A DNA stretch of 64,000 nt. It comes from Terriglobia bacterium. GTDB lineage: Bacteria; Acidobacteriota; Terriglobia; 2-12-FULL-54-10. Shown here piece after piece: positions 19,080-28,264 of this stretch. The DNA is taken from assembly GCA_963666975.2 (NCBI GenBank), contig CAXVYR010000004.1:800001-864000 (forward strand), written 5' to 3'. The translations under genes and the position numbers were made by a program. Numbering within the stretch: the stretch's first letter is position 1; each line of letters begins with the position of its first letter. The notes beneath the pieces are model-generated. The model was not told the DNA's origin. It was given only the letters and a program-made list of their open reading frames with translations, and did not search any database.

Positions 19080-19811
19080 ATGGCAGGAGCCGATATAACT
19101 TTGTTTGGGATGTGGTTGTTGCAAGAAGCGGTTGGATGGGACCCCATGTCGATGTGGAACCAAATGGGCTGGCCGGCCCGAATCATAGTGATTACCCTGT
19201 TTGGAATGTCTGCGTGGTCGATCGGGGTCATGATTGACCGCTACCTCGCGTATACCGCTGCGCGGAAACAGTCCCGCACGTTTGCTCCGCTGGTGGCGGG
19301 CGCGTTGCGGGACGGGAAGCTCGACGAAGCCATCCATATTGCGGAGCGGCATAAGAAGTCCCACTTGGCGAAGGTGATTACGGCCGGGCTGCAGGAATTT
19401 CAGGCCCATCAGGCCAGCGCCGAAATCTCGGGAGCGGAAATTGATGCTTCCAAGCGCGCTTTGGACCGGGCCGAAGCCATTGTCCATGCGGATCTGAAGC
19501 GCGGCTTGAGCGGGCTGGCAACCATCGGCGCCACGGCTCCTTTCGTCGGGCTGTTCGGGACGGTCGTGGGGATCATCAACGCGTTCGCAGGCATTGCGGC
19601 GGAAGCAGCCACCGGACTGGCAGCCGTCGCTGGCGGCATTTCCGAGGCCCTGGTAGCCACCGCGATCGGATTGTTCGTGGCCATCCCGGCTGTGTGGATG
19701 TTCAACTTCTTTACCACCCATGTCGAAGCCTTTGACATTGAGATGGATAACTCCTCGTCCGAGTTGATTGACTATTTCATTAAACGCACCTCAAAAGGGA
19801 GCAAAAAATAA
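19080..19811 (+). CDS. exbB: MotA/TolQ/ExbB proton channel
   Basis: LATIGATAPFVGLFGTVVGIINAF, GGISEALVATAIGL..AIPA. Confidence 0.92.
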   Translation: MAGADITLFGMWLLQEAVGWDPMSMWNQMGWPARIIVITLFGMSAWSIGVMIDRYLAYTAARKQSRTFAPLVAGALRDGKLDEAIHIAERHKKSHLAKVITAGLQEFQAHQASAEISGAEIDASKRALDRAEAIVHADLKRGLSGLATIGATAPFVGLFGTVVGIINAFAGIAAEAATGLAAVAGGISEALVATAIGLFVAIPAVWMFNFFTTHVEAFDIEMDNSSSELIDYFIKRTSKGSKK

Positions 19812-20224
19812 TGGCGATTGGAAGGCAACTGATGGGCGTAACATCGGAGCCCAACGTGGTTCCGATGGCTGATGTCATGCTGGTGCTGCTCATCATCTTT
19901 ATGGTCATTACTCCGATGTTGCAAAAAGACGTCAGCGTGGACTTGGTACGGACCAACAACCCCAGGGAGATGCCGGACGCCGATAAGGAAGACGCCGTTG
20001 TGGTGTCAGTCACGCGCGACGGCAACGTCTTCCTGGGCTCTACCCAGACGGCAGTGGACGAGTTGTCGACGAAGGTGCAGGAGATCGTAGCAACTCGGGT
20101 GGACAAGACCGTTTTCGTCAAAAGCGATGCCCGCGCCAAATATGAGCGGGTCGTGACGGTGATCGATGAGGTGCGTTCGGCCGGCGTGGACCAGCTCGGG
20201 TTGCTGACAGAAGAGATAGAGTGA
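19811..20224 (+). CDS. exbD: ExbD/TolR-family protein
   Basis: NVVPMADVMLVLLIIFMV. Confidence 0.9.
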   Translation: MAIGRQLMGVTSEPNVVPMADVMLVLLIIFMVITPMLQKDVSVDLVRTNNPREMPDADKEDAVVVSVTRDGNVFLGSTQTAVDELSTKVQEIVATRVDKTVFVKSDARAKYERVVTVIDEVRSAGVDQLGLLTEEIE

Positions 20225-20380
20225 TAGAGGGAAGACCATAGGCAGCCTTTTGGCGCGCGACCGCCCGGAGCGGTGTGGAGCCGGACCGGGAAGGGCAGAA
20301 GGCCCAACCCTGCCGCGTGAAGTCGCAGGCGTGATGGGCGGGCCGGGAATTCTTCTCCATTCAGACAGGAGGAAACAGAT

Positions 20381-20812
20381 ATGGGAATGGATGTGGGAGG
20401 CTCCAAGGGAGGAGCTAAGTCGAACATCAATATTGTCCCCTTGATCGACATATTGCTGGTGCTGCTGATTATCTTTATGGTCATTACTCCGACGGTGTCC
20501 ACGGGTCTGGATGCTTTGGTGCCGCAGCCGAATCCGAACAAAGATGAACAACAACTGGAGGAAGATATTCGGACGGTGGTGGTGTCAATCGATGCCAACC
20601 GCAATATGAAGATCAACCAGGACCCGGTGACCAAGGAACAACTGGGATTCCGTCTGGAGGAGATCTTCAAGACCAGGGCGGACCGGACGATGTTCGTCAG
20701 AGGCGACCCGGAAATTATTTTTCAGGATGTGGCTGAGGTGATCGATATCGCCAAGGGCGCATTGGTCGACAAGATCGGCCTGATTACCGCGCGGATTGAA
20801 GAAGGTCAATAA
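20381..20812 (+). CDS. exbD: Second ExbD/TolR-family protein
   Basis: INIVPLIDILLVLLIIFMV. Confidence 0.9.
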   Translation: MGMDVGGSKGGAKSNINIVPLIDILLVLLIIFMVITPTVSTGLDALVPQPNPNKDEQQLEEDIRTVVVSIDANRNMKINQDPVTKEQLGFRLEEIFKTRADRTMFVRGDPEIIFQDVAEVIDIAKGALVDKIGLITARIEEGQ

Positions 20813-20925
20813 GCGAATTGAACAGCGGGTTTCCTCATCAACCGTCGGGTCTGGGCCGGGCGGCTTGGCCTGTAGGTTTGAACTAAAGAGTCGAAGCCCG
20901 TGCCATTTTAGTTCGGAGAGCGAAA

Positions 20926-21729
20926 ATGAAGATGAAATCGAAAACAACGATTGGCTGGGTAGGGTTGGTTTTCGCCGTTTGCCTGATGCTGACGGCGAGT
21001 GGCTGCAATCAGTTGAAGGCGCGGGATCAGCTCAATAAGGGGGTGTCGCAGTACCGGGCTAGGCACTACCAAGTCGCTATTGAACATTTCAAGCGCGCCG
21101 TCGAATTTGACCCCGAGTTGGTGAATGCCCGGCTGTACCTGGCAACCGCCTATTCCGTTCAATATGTGCCGGGAATCGATACGGAAGGAAATTTGCAGGT
21201 TGGGGAGCTGGCCATTCAGGAATTTGAAAACGTCTTGGCGAAAGACCCCAACAACCTGGACAGCATTACCGGCATAGCCCAGTTGTATTTCAATATGAAA
21301 CGAATGGACGAGGCGAGGGAATTTCGCAGGAGGCAAATCAGCATAGATCCCACCAATCCGGAAGCCTACTACGCGATCGGAGTGATCGATTGGACCTTGA
21401 CCTATCAGCCGCGGATGGCATTGAAGGTGCGGTTGGGCTTGCGGGCCGATCAGCCGTTTCCACGGAAGGAGTTCAGGGAAGAGTTGACGGAAAGGAACCT
21501 TCCTTTGATTGAGGAGGGCATGGAGAATCTGAATAAGGCGATTGAGCTCCGGCCTGATTACGATGATGCCATGGCCTATCTGAACCTGCTGTACCGGGAA
21601 AGTGCCGATTTGGTGGACACGGAAGAGGAGCGGGAAGAGCTTCTGGTGACCGCTGACAACTGGATTGAGAAAACGCTGGAAATCAAGAAGGCAAGGGCTG
21701 AAGCAGAAGAGGCACAGGCAGGGGGGTAA
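20926..21729 (+). CDS. TPR-repeat lipoprotein
   Basis: Lipobox TASG-C and repeated TPR helices (AVEFDP, ISIDP, AIELRP). Confidence 0.85.
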   Translation: MKMKSKTTIGWVGLVFAVCLMLTASGCNQLKARDQLNKGVSQYRARHYQVAIEHFKRAVEFDPELVNARLYLATAYSVQYVPGIDTEGNLQVGELAIQEFENVLAKDPNNLDSITGIAQLYFNMKRMDEAREFRRRQISIDPTNPEAYYAIGVIDWTLTYQPRMALKVRLGLRADQPFPRKEFREELTERNLPLIEEGMENLNKAIELRPDYDDAMAYLNLLYRESADLVDTEEEREELLVTADNWIEKTLEIKKARAEAEEAQAGG

Positions 21730-21766
21730 TTTCCTCCCGTTTCCTGCATCGGCAGCTTTATAATAG

Positions 21767-21808
21767 AACCCTGGAGGGCAAAGAAAGCCTCTCCAGGGTT
21801 TTTCTTTT
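21767..21808 (+). terminator. Rho-independent terminator
   Basis: AACCCTGGAG...CTCCAGGGTT stem followed by a T-rich tract after the TPR gene. Confidence 0.6.
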
Positions 21809-21909
21809 GCCGGCGAATCCTGCCCGGCTCCAACCATGGGGGGGGGGAGCCTTTCCGATTTCGGAGCTGAGGCGGCGATCTTTCCCGCCGGAGGAAGCTC
21901 CGGTTTTTG

Positions 21910-24114
21910 ATGTCCAATTTACCGACCACGCTGCGGCAGGCATTCTCCACCAACCTTCTTACGCTCACCAAGTTTCGTGACCTTCTGAAAAAGGTCAAGC
22001 AGAACCGGCCCCACGAGGACCTGGAGCTTCTGCGGCGGGCCTACCGGTTTTCCGCGCACTACCACAAACGGCAGGTCCGTTCTTCCGGAGCGCCCTACCT
22101 TTCTCATCCCCTGGAAGTGGCCCACATCCTGGCCGATCTGCGGCTGGACGGACCCACCATCGCTACCGCGCTCTTGCATGACGTTGTAGAAGACACTGGC
22201 GTAACCCTCAAGGAAATCCGCAAAAGCTTTGGCGAAGAGGTGGCCCACCTGGTCGAGGGAGTGACCAAGATCCGGAAGCTGGATTTTTATAGCCAGGAGC
22301 AACAGCAGGCGGAGAACGTTCGGAAGATGCTGCTGGCGATGGTGGACGACCTGCGCGTGATTTTCGTCAAGCTGGCCGACCGTCTGCATAACATGGGCAC
22401 GCTACAGTATCTTTCTCCGGAGAAACAACAGCGCATCGCTCAGGAGACCCTGGACCTGTATGTTCCGCTGGCCCATCGCATGGGGATGGGAAAGATCCGG
22501 GGAGAGCTCGAGGACCTGGCGTTCGCCTATATCGACCCGATTGCATTTCAAGAAATTCGGCACGCGGTAGAAAGCAAGAGGCAGGCCAGCGAGGATTCCC
22601 TCAAAGAGGTAGTGGCAGCTATCCGGCCGGAACTCGGCAAGAATGAAATCGCGGCGAAGGTCGAGTGGCGCATCAAAAGGTTCTATAGCATCTACCAAAA
22701 GATGAAGCAGCGGAAATGCGGCATAGATCAAGTCTTCGACCTGCTGGCGGTTCGCATCATCACGGAGAGCGTGAACGACTGCTACGCTGCTCTGGGGGTG
22801 ATCCACAACCTGTGGCGGCCGGTCCCGGGGCGGATCAAGGATTTTATTGCCATGCCGCGCCCCAATCTTTATCAATCTCTCCACACCACCGTCATCGGGA
22901 ACATCGGCCAGCCGTTTGAAGTGCAGATCCGCACGGCCCAAATGCATCGCACGGCAGAGGAGGGAATCGCGGCGCATTGGAAGTACAAAGAGGGCGGACC
23001 CACCTCCGCCGCTGATGAGCAGAGTATGGCGTGGCTCCGGCAACTCGTGGATTGGCAGCAGGACCTGTCCGATCCTGTGGAATTGCTCTCCACCTTGAAA
23101 ATTGACCTGTATCCGGAAGAGGTGTGCACCTTCACGCCCAAGGGAAAGGTCGTGGTCCTGCCGCGCGACGCTACCGCCATCGACTTTGCCTACGCCATTC
23201 ACACCGAGGTCGGGAACCGCTGTGTGGGCGCGAAAGTGAACGGGAGACTGGCGCCGCTTCGAAGCCGCCTGGGTAACGGGGACATCGTCGAGATCCTCAC
23301 CCAGAAGGGGAGCCATCCCAGCCGCGACTGGCTGGCCTTTGCGAAGTCTTCCCGGGCGCGGAATAAGATCAAGCATTGGATCAACATCAACGAGCGGGCT
23401 AACGCTGTCGAGCTGGGCCGGCGGCTGTTGGAAAAAGAGAGCCGCCGGTTCCAGATTTCCTGGAAGCGGGTTTCGGCCGAGGACCTTGGAAAGATCGGGC
23501 AGGGACTCGGCATACAAAAAGTCGAAGACTTGTATTCCGCTGTGGGGTTCGGCAAACTGTCCGCCCATCAGATCGTGTCCCGGTTGTTCCCGGATTCGGT
23601 TCCGGAAACTCCCGCAGAGAAAAAAACGTTCGGCAAAACGTTCCGAAAGGCGCTGGGCATCTCCCAAAGCGGCGCCTTGCAGATCAAAGGCTACGATGAT
23701 CTGCTGATTTACCGCGCAAAATGTTGCGAGCCGATTCGGGGAGAACCGGTCATCGGTTATATCACGCGCGGAAAGGGAGTGGCCGTGCACGCCAAGACCT
23801 GTTCCAACGTGCAAAACCTCCTCTATCAATTGGAGCGAAGGATTGAAGTGGAGTGGTCTTCCTCGGCCGAAGAATCCTATCCGGTCCAACTGGTCATCCG
23901 CACCGATGACCGCCCGGGCCTGTTGAAGGAATTGACGGCGGCCATTTCCGACAAGACAAATATCCGAAAAATTGAGACGAAGACCGGAGTTGCCCGAGAA
24001 GCGACCGTTACTTTGTCTCTGGACATCACCGACAAAAAGCACCTGGAGCGGCTGGTTCTGGCCATACGGAAGATCAGCGGCATCCGGGACGTGGAACGCA
24101 TCTACAAGACATAA
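21910..24114 (+). CDS. rel: Bifunctional (p)ppGpp synthetase/hydrolase (long RSH)
   Basis: HD motif LLHDVVED, KLADRLHN, RIKD, YQSLHT, EVQIRT, then TGS, CC and ACT domains. Confidence 0.96.
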   Translation: MSNLPTTLRQAFSTNLLTLTKFRDLLKKVKQNRPHEDLELLRRAYRFSAHYHKRQVRSSGAPYLSHPLEVAHILADLRLDGPTIATALLHDVVEDTGVTLKEIRKSFGEEVAHLVEGVTKIRKLDFYSQEQQQAENVRKMLLAMVDDLRVIFVKLADRLHNMGTLQYLSPEKQQRIAQETLDLYVPLAHRMGMGKIRGELEDLAFAYIDPIAFQEIRHAVESKRQASEDSLKEVVAAIRPELGKNEIAAKVEWRIKRFYSIYQKMKQRKCGIDQVFDLLAVRIITESVNDCYAALGVIHNLWRPVPGRIKDFIAMPRPNLYQSLHTTVIGNIGQPFEVQIRTAQMHRTAEEGIAAHWKYKEGGPTSAADEQSMAWLRQLVDWQQDLSDPVELLSTLKIDLYPEEVCTFTPKGKVVVLPRDATAIDFAYAIHTEVGNRCVGAKVNGRLAPLRSRLGNGDIVEILTQKGSHPSRDWLAFAKSSRARNKIKHWININERANAVELGRRLLEKESRRFQISWKRVSAEDLGKIGQGLGIQKVEDLYSAVGFGKLSAHQIVSRLFPDSVPETPAEKKTFGKTFRKALGISQSGALQIKGYDDLLIYRAKCCEPIRGEPVIGYITRGKGVAVHAKTCSNVQNLLYQLERRIEVEWSSSAEESYPVQLVIRTDDRPGLLKELTAAISDKTNIRKIETKTGVAREATVTLSLDITDKKHLERLVLAIRKISGIRDVERIYKT

Positions 24115-24268
24115 ATTCTACGTTTCTTTTTTTCCTTAGCGAGAGGAATCCCGTTGCGCAGCAAATGGCATGCAGCCGCCGAATTGAGTCTGTCGGAGGA
24201 CCAGGAGGAGATTCCCCATCCGCGCCGGCCTCAAGCTCACTCTCATGCCCCTGGCGGAATCGCTTGGT

Positions 24269-24457
24269 TTATGCTTTGGTGACTTTGCCGGAACGGATAC
24301 AGTCAGCGCAGGCTTTGATCCGCGCATGGCCGCCGTTCACGATGGCCCGAACTTGGTGAAGGTTGACGTTCCAGCGACGTTTGGTGACGTTATGAGCGTG
24401 GCTGATTTTATTTCCGAAGCGCGGACCTTTTCCGCAAATTTCACAGACTCTAGCCAT
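24269..24457 (-). CDS. rpmB: 50S ribosomal protein L28 (Cys-containing form)
   Basis: MARVCEICGKGPRFGNKISHAHNVTKRRWNVNL...CADC. Confidence 0.97.
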   Translation of the reverse strand: MARVCEICGKGPRFGNKISHAHNVTKRRWNVNLHQVRAIVNGGHARIKACADCIRSGKVTKA

Positions 24458-24720
24458 TCTGAATCTCCTGAGGTAAAAAGTAATTTTACCAGATTGGTCC
24501 GCCGGAACCAAGTGCCACCGGGCGGCGGAGAGGCCGGCAAGCGCTCAGCAGCTTAAGAAGTTGATCTCTGGCGCAAAATAGGGATATAAGGGGAGGCATC
24601 TATCCAGAGAATTTTGCTAAAGGTTTCCGGCAATGGCGTTCCGGAAAATTGGCATTTTTCGCATTCCAGGCGCGGGCTTGCTCCGTGAGTTAATGGACGA
24701 AAAGAATTAGGGGGATGGTT

Positions 24721-26637
24721 ATGAGGGATTTGATCAAGCAATACCTGGACCGTGGGATCTCCAGACGGAATTTTCTTTCCGGACTGGGCACGATAGGCCT
24801 CAGCTCCGTGGCAGCCAACTCGATGGCGCGATCGCTGGCCCCCTTTATGGCCGAGGAGGCGGACGCTGCCGCCGCCAACGGCAGCCCCGCGTGGATGCGG
24901 AAGGTGCGCGGGACGGGCGGCGCTCTGCTGGCGGCGCAACTCAAGGCAGCCGGGATCGAGCACATCTTCGTGAACCCTTCCTCGGGCCAAGCCCCCTTCT
25001 TCGACGCCCTAGTGGACGAGCCGAAGTTGCACCTGATTGAAGGCCTCCAGGAAGGGGCGCTGGCGGCCATGGCCGACGGGTTCGCCAAGGCCTCCGGGAA
25101 GACTCCTTTTATCTTGATCGCCCGACCGGGACTGCCGAACTGCATGACGCAGATGTACAACTCCTGGAAGGACCGCATTCCGATGGTGGTGGCGACCGAC
25201 CTGGGAGGGATCGACGGGCTGGGGCAGGACGGATTTGAAGAGATCGACCACATGGGAGAGATGACGCAGCCGATCACGAAGTGGCACTGGAGGGCGGAGA
25301 ACACGAGGAAAATACCGGAGATCACGCGGCGAGCAATCAAGTTTGCCTCGACGCAGCCGTGCGGGCCGGTGTTTGTAGCTTATCCGCAGAATACACTCAG
25401 CGAGGTGGCGGAAGCGGAGGTGATGGAGCAGTCCAAGTTCTCGGTTCCGATGAAGATTCGGCCGGACCAGGCATCGGTGGAGGAGGCGGCGCAGTTGCTG
25501 CTGGAAGCGAGAAATCCGCTGCTCTACGTCGGAGATGAGATCGCATGGTGCAGAGGGCAAAAAGAAGTTTTGGAGCTTGCCGAGCTGCTGGGTTTGCCGG
25601 TAACGGAAGCTCCCGGGTCTCTTGGCTGGTCGCGGCCATTCCCGACCCGAAATCCTTTATACCTGGGCGATTTCCAAAAGGAGATGCGCTATCCGGGCAA
25701 GGTGGACGTGATGCTGAACCTGGGCAGCCGGATGCCCTATGCCGGTTCTCGCCCGAAGGTGTCGGCAGATGTGAAGCTGATCCAGGTGCGGATGGACCCG
25801 GGTAATCTGGCCCGTGTCTATCCTACCGAGCTTTCTATGGTGGCCGACATGAAGCTGGCCGCAGCCGATCTGGTGGCTGCTGTCCGAAGCATGGCCACGG
25901 CAGACCGGCTCCGGCAGATACGCGATGCGCGTCTGGCGAAGACGCGGGAATTCACCTCGAAGATGCGCCGGTTCCGCGAGTCGATTGCGCGCGAGCGCTG
26001 GGACCAATCCCCGATCAGCGCGGAGCGTCTGGGAATGGAGTTGGAGAGCGTTCTGGAGAAGGATACATGCTTCGTGGCGGAGATCGATTCCGGGCGGGTC
26101 ATGGAGCAGCTGATCCAATTCGGCGGGGACGACAAACAATACTTCAGCAACAGCGGACGGGCGCTGGGATGGGGCTTGGCGGCGGCGTTCGGGGTGAAGC
26201 TGGCGCAGCCGGACCGTCCTGTGGTGGCCGTGATCGGGGACGGGTCATTCCTGTTCAGCGGGCCGCAACCTCTGTGGAGTTTCGCCCGCTATCGCGTCCC
26301 GGTGACCATCATGGTCTTGAACAACCGCAGCTATAACAACGAGCGGAACCGGATCTGGTATACCGGCGGGCGGCAATTCAAAACCGGCCGGGACATGGTC
26401 TGCTATCTAGGAGATCCCGACGTTGACTTCGCGAAGATGGCCGCCTCGTTCGGCGTGGACGGCGAGGCTCTGCAAGACCCGTCCGCGATCCGGCCGGCGC
26501 TGGAGCGAGCGAAGAGAGCTAACGTCGAGGGCAGGCCTTACCTGCTGGATGTGCACATGGGGCGCCGGGGCCTTGGGGCGAACTCCACTTGGCATCCCGA
26601 GTTTTCGGTTGAAGCGCTGCGCCAGAGAAAAGTATGA
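24721..26637 (+). CDS. ThDP-dependent enzyme (benzoylformate decarboxylase/acetolactate synthase superfamily) with a twin-arginine signal
   Basis: GLQEGALAAMADG catalytic Glu region, ThDP motif GDGS...LNN, N-terminal ISRRNFL followed by a hydrophobic stretch. Confidence 0.85.
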   Translation: MRDLIKQYLDRGISRRNFLSGLGTIGLSSVAANSMARSLAPFMAEEADAAAANGSPAWMRKVRGTGGALLAAQLKAAGIEHIFVNPSSGQAPFFDALVDEPKLHLIEGLQEGALAAMADGFAKASGKTPFILIARPGLPNCMTQMYNSWKDRIPMVVATDLGGIDGLGQDGFEEIDHMGEMTQPITKWHWRAENTRKIPEITRRAIKFASTQPCGPVFVAYPQNTLSEVAEAEVMEQSKFSVPMKIRPDQASVEEAAQLLLEARNPLLYVGDEIAWCRGQKEVLELAELLGLPVTEAPGSLGWSRPFPTRNPLYLGDFQKEMRYPGKVDVMLNLGSRMPYAGSRPKVSADVKLIQVRMDPGNLARVYPTELSMVADMKLAAADLVAAVRSMATADRLRQIRDARLAKTREFTSKMRRFRESIARERWDQSPISAERLGMELESVLEKDTCFVAEIDSGRVMEQLIQFGGDDKQYFSNSGRALGWGLAAAFGVKLAQPDRPVVAVIGDGSFLFSGPQPLWSFARYRVPVTIMVLNNRSYNNERNRIWYTGGRQFKTGRDMVCYLGDPDVDFAKMAASFGVDGEALQDPSAIRPALERAKRANVEGRPYLLDVHMGRRGLGANSTWHPEFSVEALRQRKV

Positions 26638-26680
26638 CCGGGAGCATTGCATTCGATGCGTTGCTATCGTCTCGGCGGTT

Positions 26681-27006
26681 TAGAGCATCAGTTTCATAGT
26701 TACTATAGACCCAATCGCGGTGGAAGGATCAACTAGACCTGTTTCAGAGTTGGTGTAGAGTGCTTCACAGCCCTGCAAGGGCGGCAGAATCTAGCCCAGG
26801 GCGTAAGCCCTGGGACAACGGGGATAGATATTACCCCAAGCCCCGGAGGGGCGCAAGACGCTCCGGCCTTTTTCTTTCGCCCCTTCCGGGGCTGATCCGG
26901 CGTGGCCTTTCCCACCCACGGCTGGCGCCGTGGGCTAAACTCTTGCGCCCCTCTGGGGCTTCACGAGCGTTCTGGAAAGCTATACAGCAACTATAAATTT
27001 GCTCTA
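26681..27006. repeat. REP-like palindrome cluster inside imperfect TAGAGCA...TGCTCTA terminal repeats (MITE-like)
   Basis: Nested hairpins: AGCCCCGGAGGGGCG / CGCCCCTTCCGGGGCT, CCCAGGGCGTAAGCCCTGGG, CCCACGGCTGGCGCCGTGGG. Confidence 0.7.
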
Positions 27007-27210
27007 GAGCGTTTCGCAGTTCGTGTAAACCACAACGCGTTGTCATTCCGAACCCTTCGGCGTTGCTCAGGATGACAGCCAAAGAGGATGCCTGGTCCAA
27101 TGGCGGAGCGGCCTACAGCATTTGCGAAAACGGTATAGTTGTCGCGTAGGGCGGGAAAAGGAGAGAGGGTCCAGTGGCAGGCGGCTGTCCGGGAACAAGG
27201 CCCGGCTGTC

Positions 27211-28263
27211 TCAGCGCAACTCTTCCATGATTTCTTCGAGAGCTTCCCTTCCGGGGCGCACTCTTTCTTCGGGAAGCGTGGCCAGGGGTTCATCGACCAA
27301 GTTCAATAGCTCCACAAAATCTTTCCTGTGCGTGTTCACGTAGAAGATTCCAGTGAGCACCTCGTTTCTTTCCTTCGCCGCTTCCATTGCCAGCAAGGCT
27401 TTCAGATGGTCCGTCGCGTCGAAGTCAGGGGCCAGCTTGCGCAGCCGCAGGTGGGAGCCGTCGTGGAGCTGCACGTCCTGCGTCTCGCCGGGATCGTAAT
27501 TCACCTCAATGTTTTGAAAGAAGGGAATAAAATCGATTTCCTGCAACGGATTGTCGTGTTCCTTCATGTAGGAATAGCTCTTGGTGGAACCTTCGTGGTC
27601 GTTGAAGGTCACGCAGGGAGAGATGACATCCAGCATGGCGATGCCCCGGTGCGCAATGGCCGCTTTGAGGATAGCCAGGAGCTGCTTCTTATCCCCGGAA
27701 AAAGACCGCGCTACAAACGTTGCGCCAAGCTCAATCGCCAGAGCGCAGGTGTCGATTGCGGGAAGGTCATTGATGACTCCGCTCTTTTGTTTGGAGCCCA
27801 AATCCGCCGTGGCGGAGAACTGTCCTTTTGTCAGCCCGTAGCAGCCGTTGTCCTCGATGATGTAAATCAGAGGGACATTGCGCCGCATCAAGTGAACAAA
27901 CTGTCCCATCCCGATGGACGCCGTATCGCCGTCTCCGCTGACCCCGATTGCCATCAAAGTCTGATTGCCCAGCAGCGAGCCGGTGGCGATTGACGGCATG
28001 CGTCCGTGCACTCCGTTGAAGCCGTGCGACGAGCCGAGGAAATAGGCCGGGGCCTTGCTGGAGCAGCCGATTCCGGAGAGCTTGATCACCTGCGAGGGAC
28101 GCACGCCCATCTCAAAGAACGCCTCGATGATGCGCTCGGTGATGGCGTTGTGGCCGCAACCTGCGCAGAGCGTGGTTTTGCCGCCACGGTAGGTGGCGAT
28201 TTCCAATCCGATGCGGTTGGCTTTGGGGGGAGAGGATGCCGGAGGTTTGGTGGCCGTGCTCAT
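27211..28263 (-). CDS. korB: 2-oxoacid:ferredoxin oxidoreductase beta subunit
   Basis: LCAGCGH, SGIGCSSK, HGR, SGDGD, YGLTKGQFS, SPCVTFN. Confidence 0.93.
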   Translation of the reverse strand: MSTATKPPASSPPKANRIGLEIATYRGGKTTLCAGCGHNAITERIIEAFFEMGVRPSQVIKLSGIGCSSKAPAYFLGSSHGFNGVHGRMPSIATGSLLGNQTLMAIGVSGDGDTASIGMGQFVHLMRRNVPLIYIIEDNGCYGLTKGQFSATADLGSKQKSGVINDLPAIDTCALAIELGATFVARSFSGDKKQLLAILKAAIAHRGIAMLDVISPCVTFNDHEGSTKSYSYMKEHDNPLQEIDFIPFFQNIEVNYDPGETQDVQLHDGSHLRLRKLAPDFDATDHLKALLAMEAAKERNEVLTGIFYVNTHRKDFVELLNLVDEPLATLPEERVRPGREALEEIMEELR

Positions 28264-28264
28264 G

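Noticed and set aside
26733-27100. Small ORFs (SPGRKPW, PRLAPWA)
   Set aside because: These are typical read-through of REP-like palindromes.
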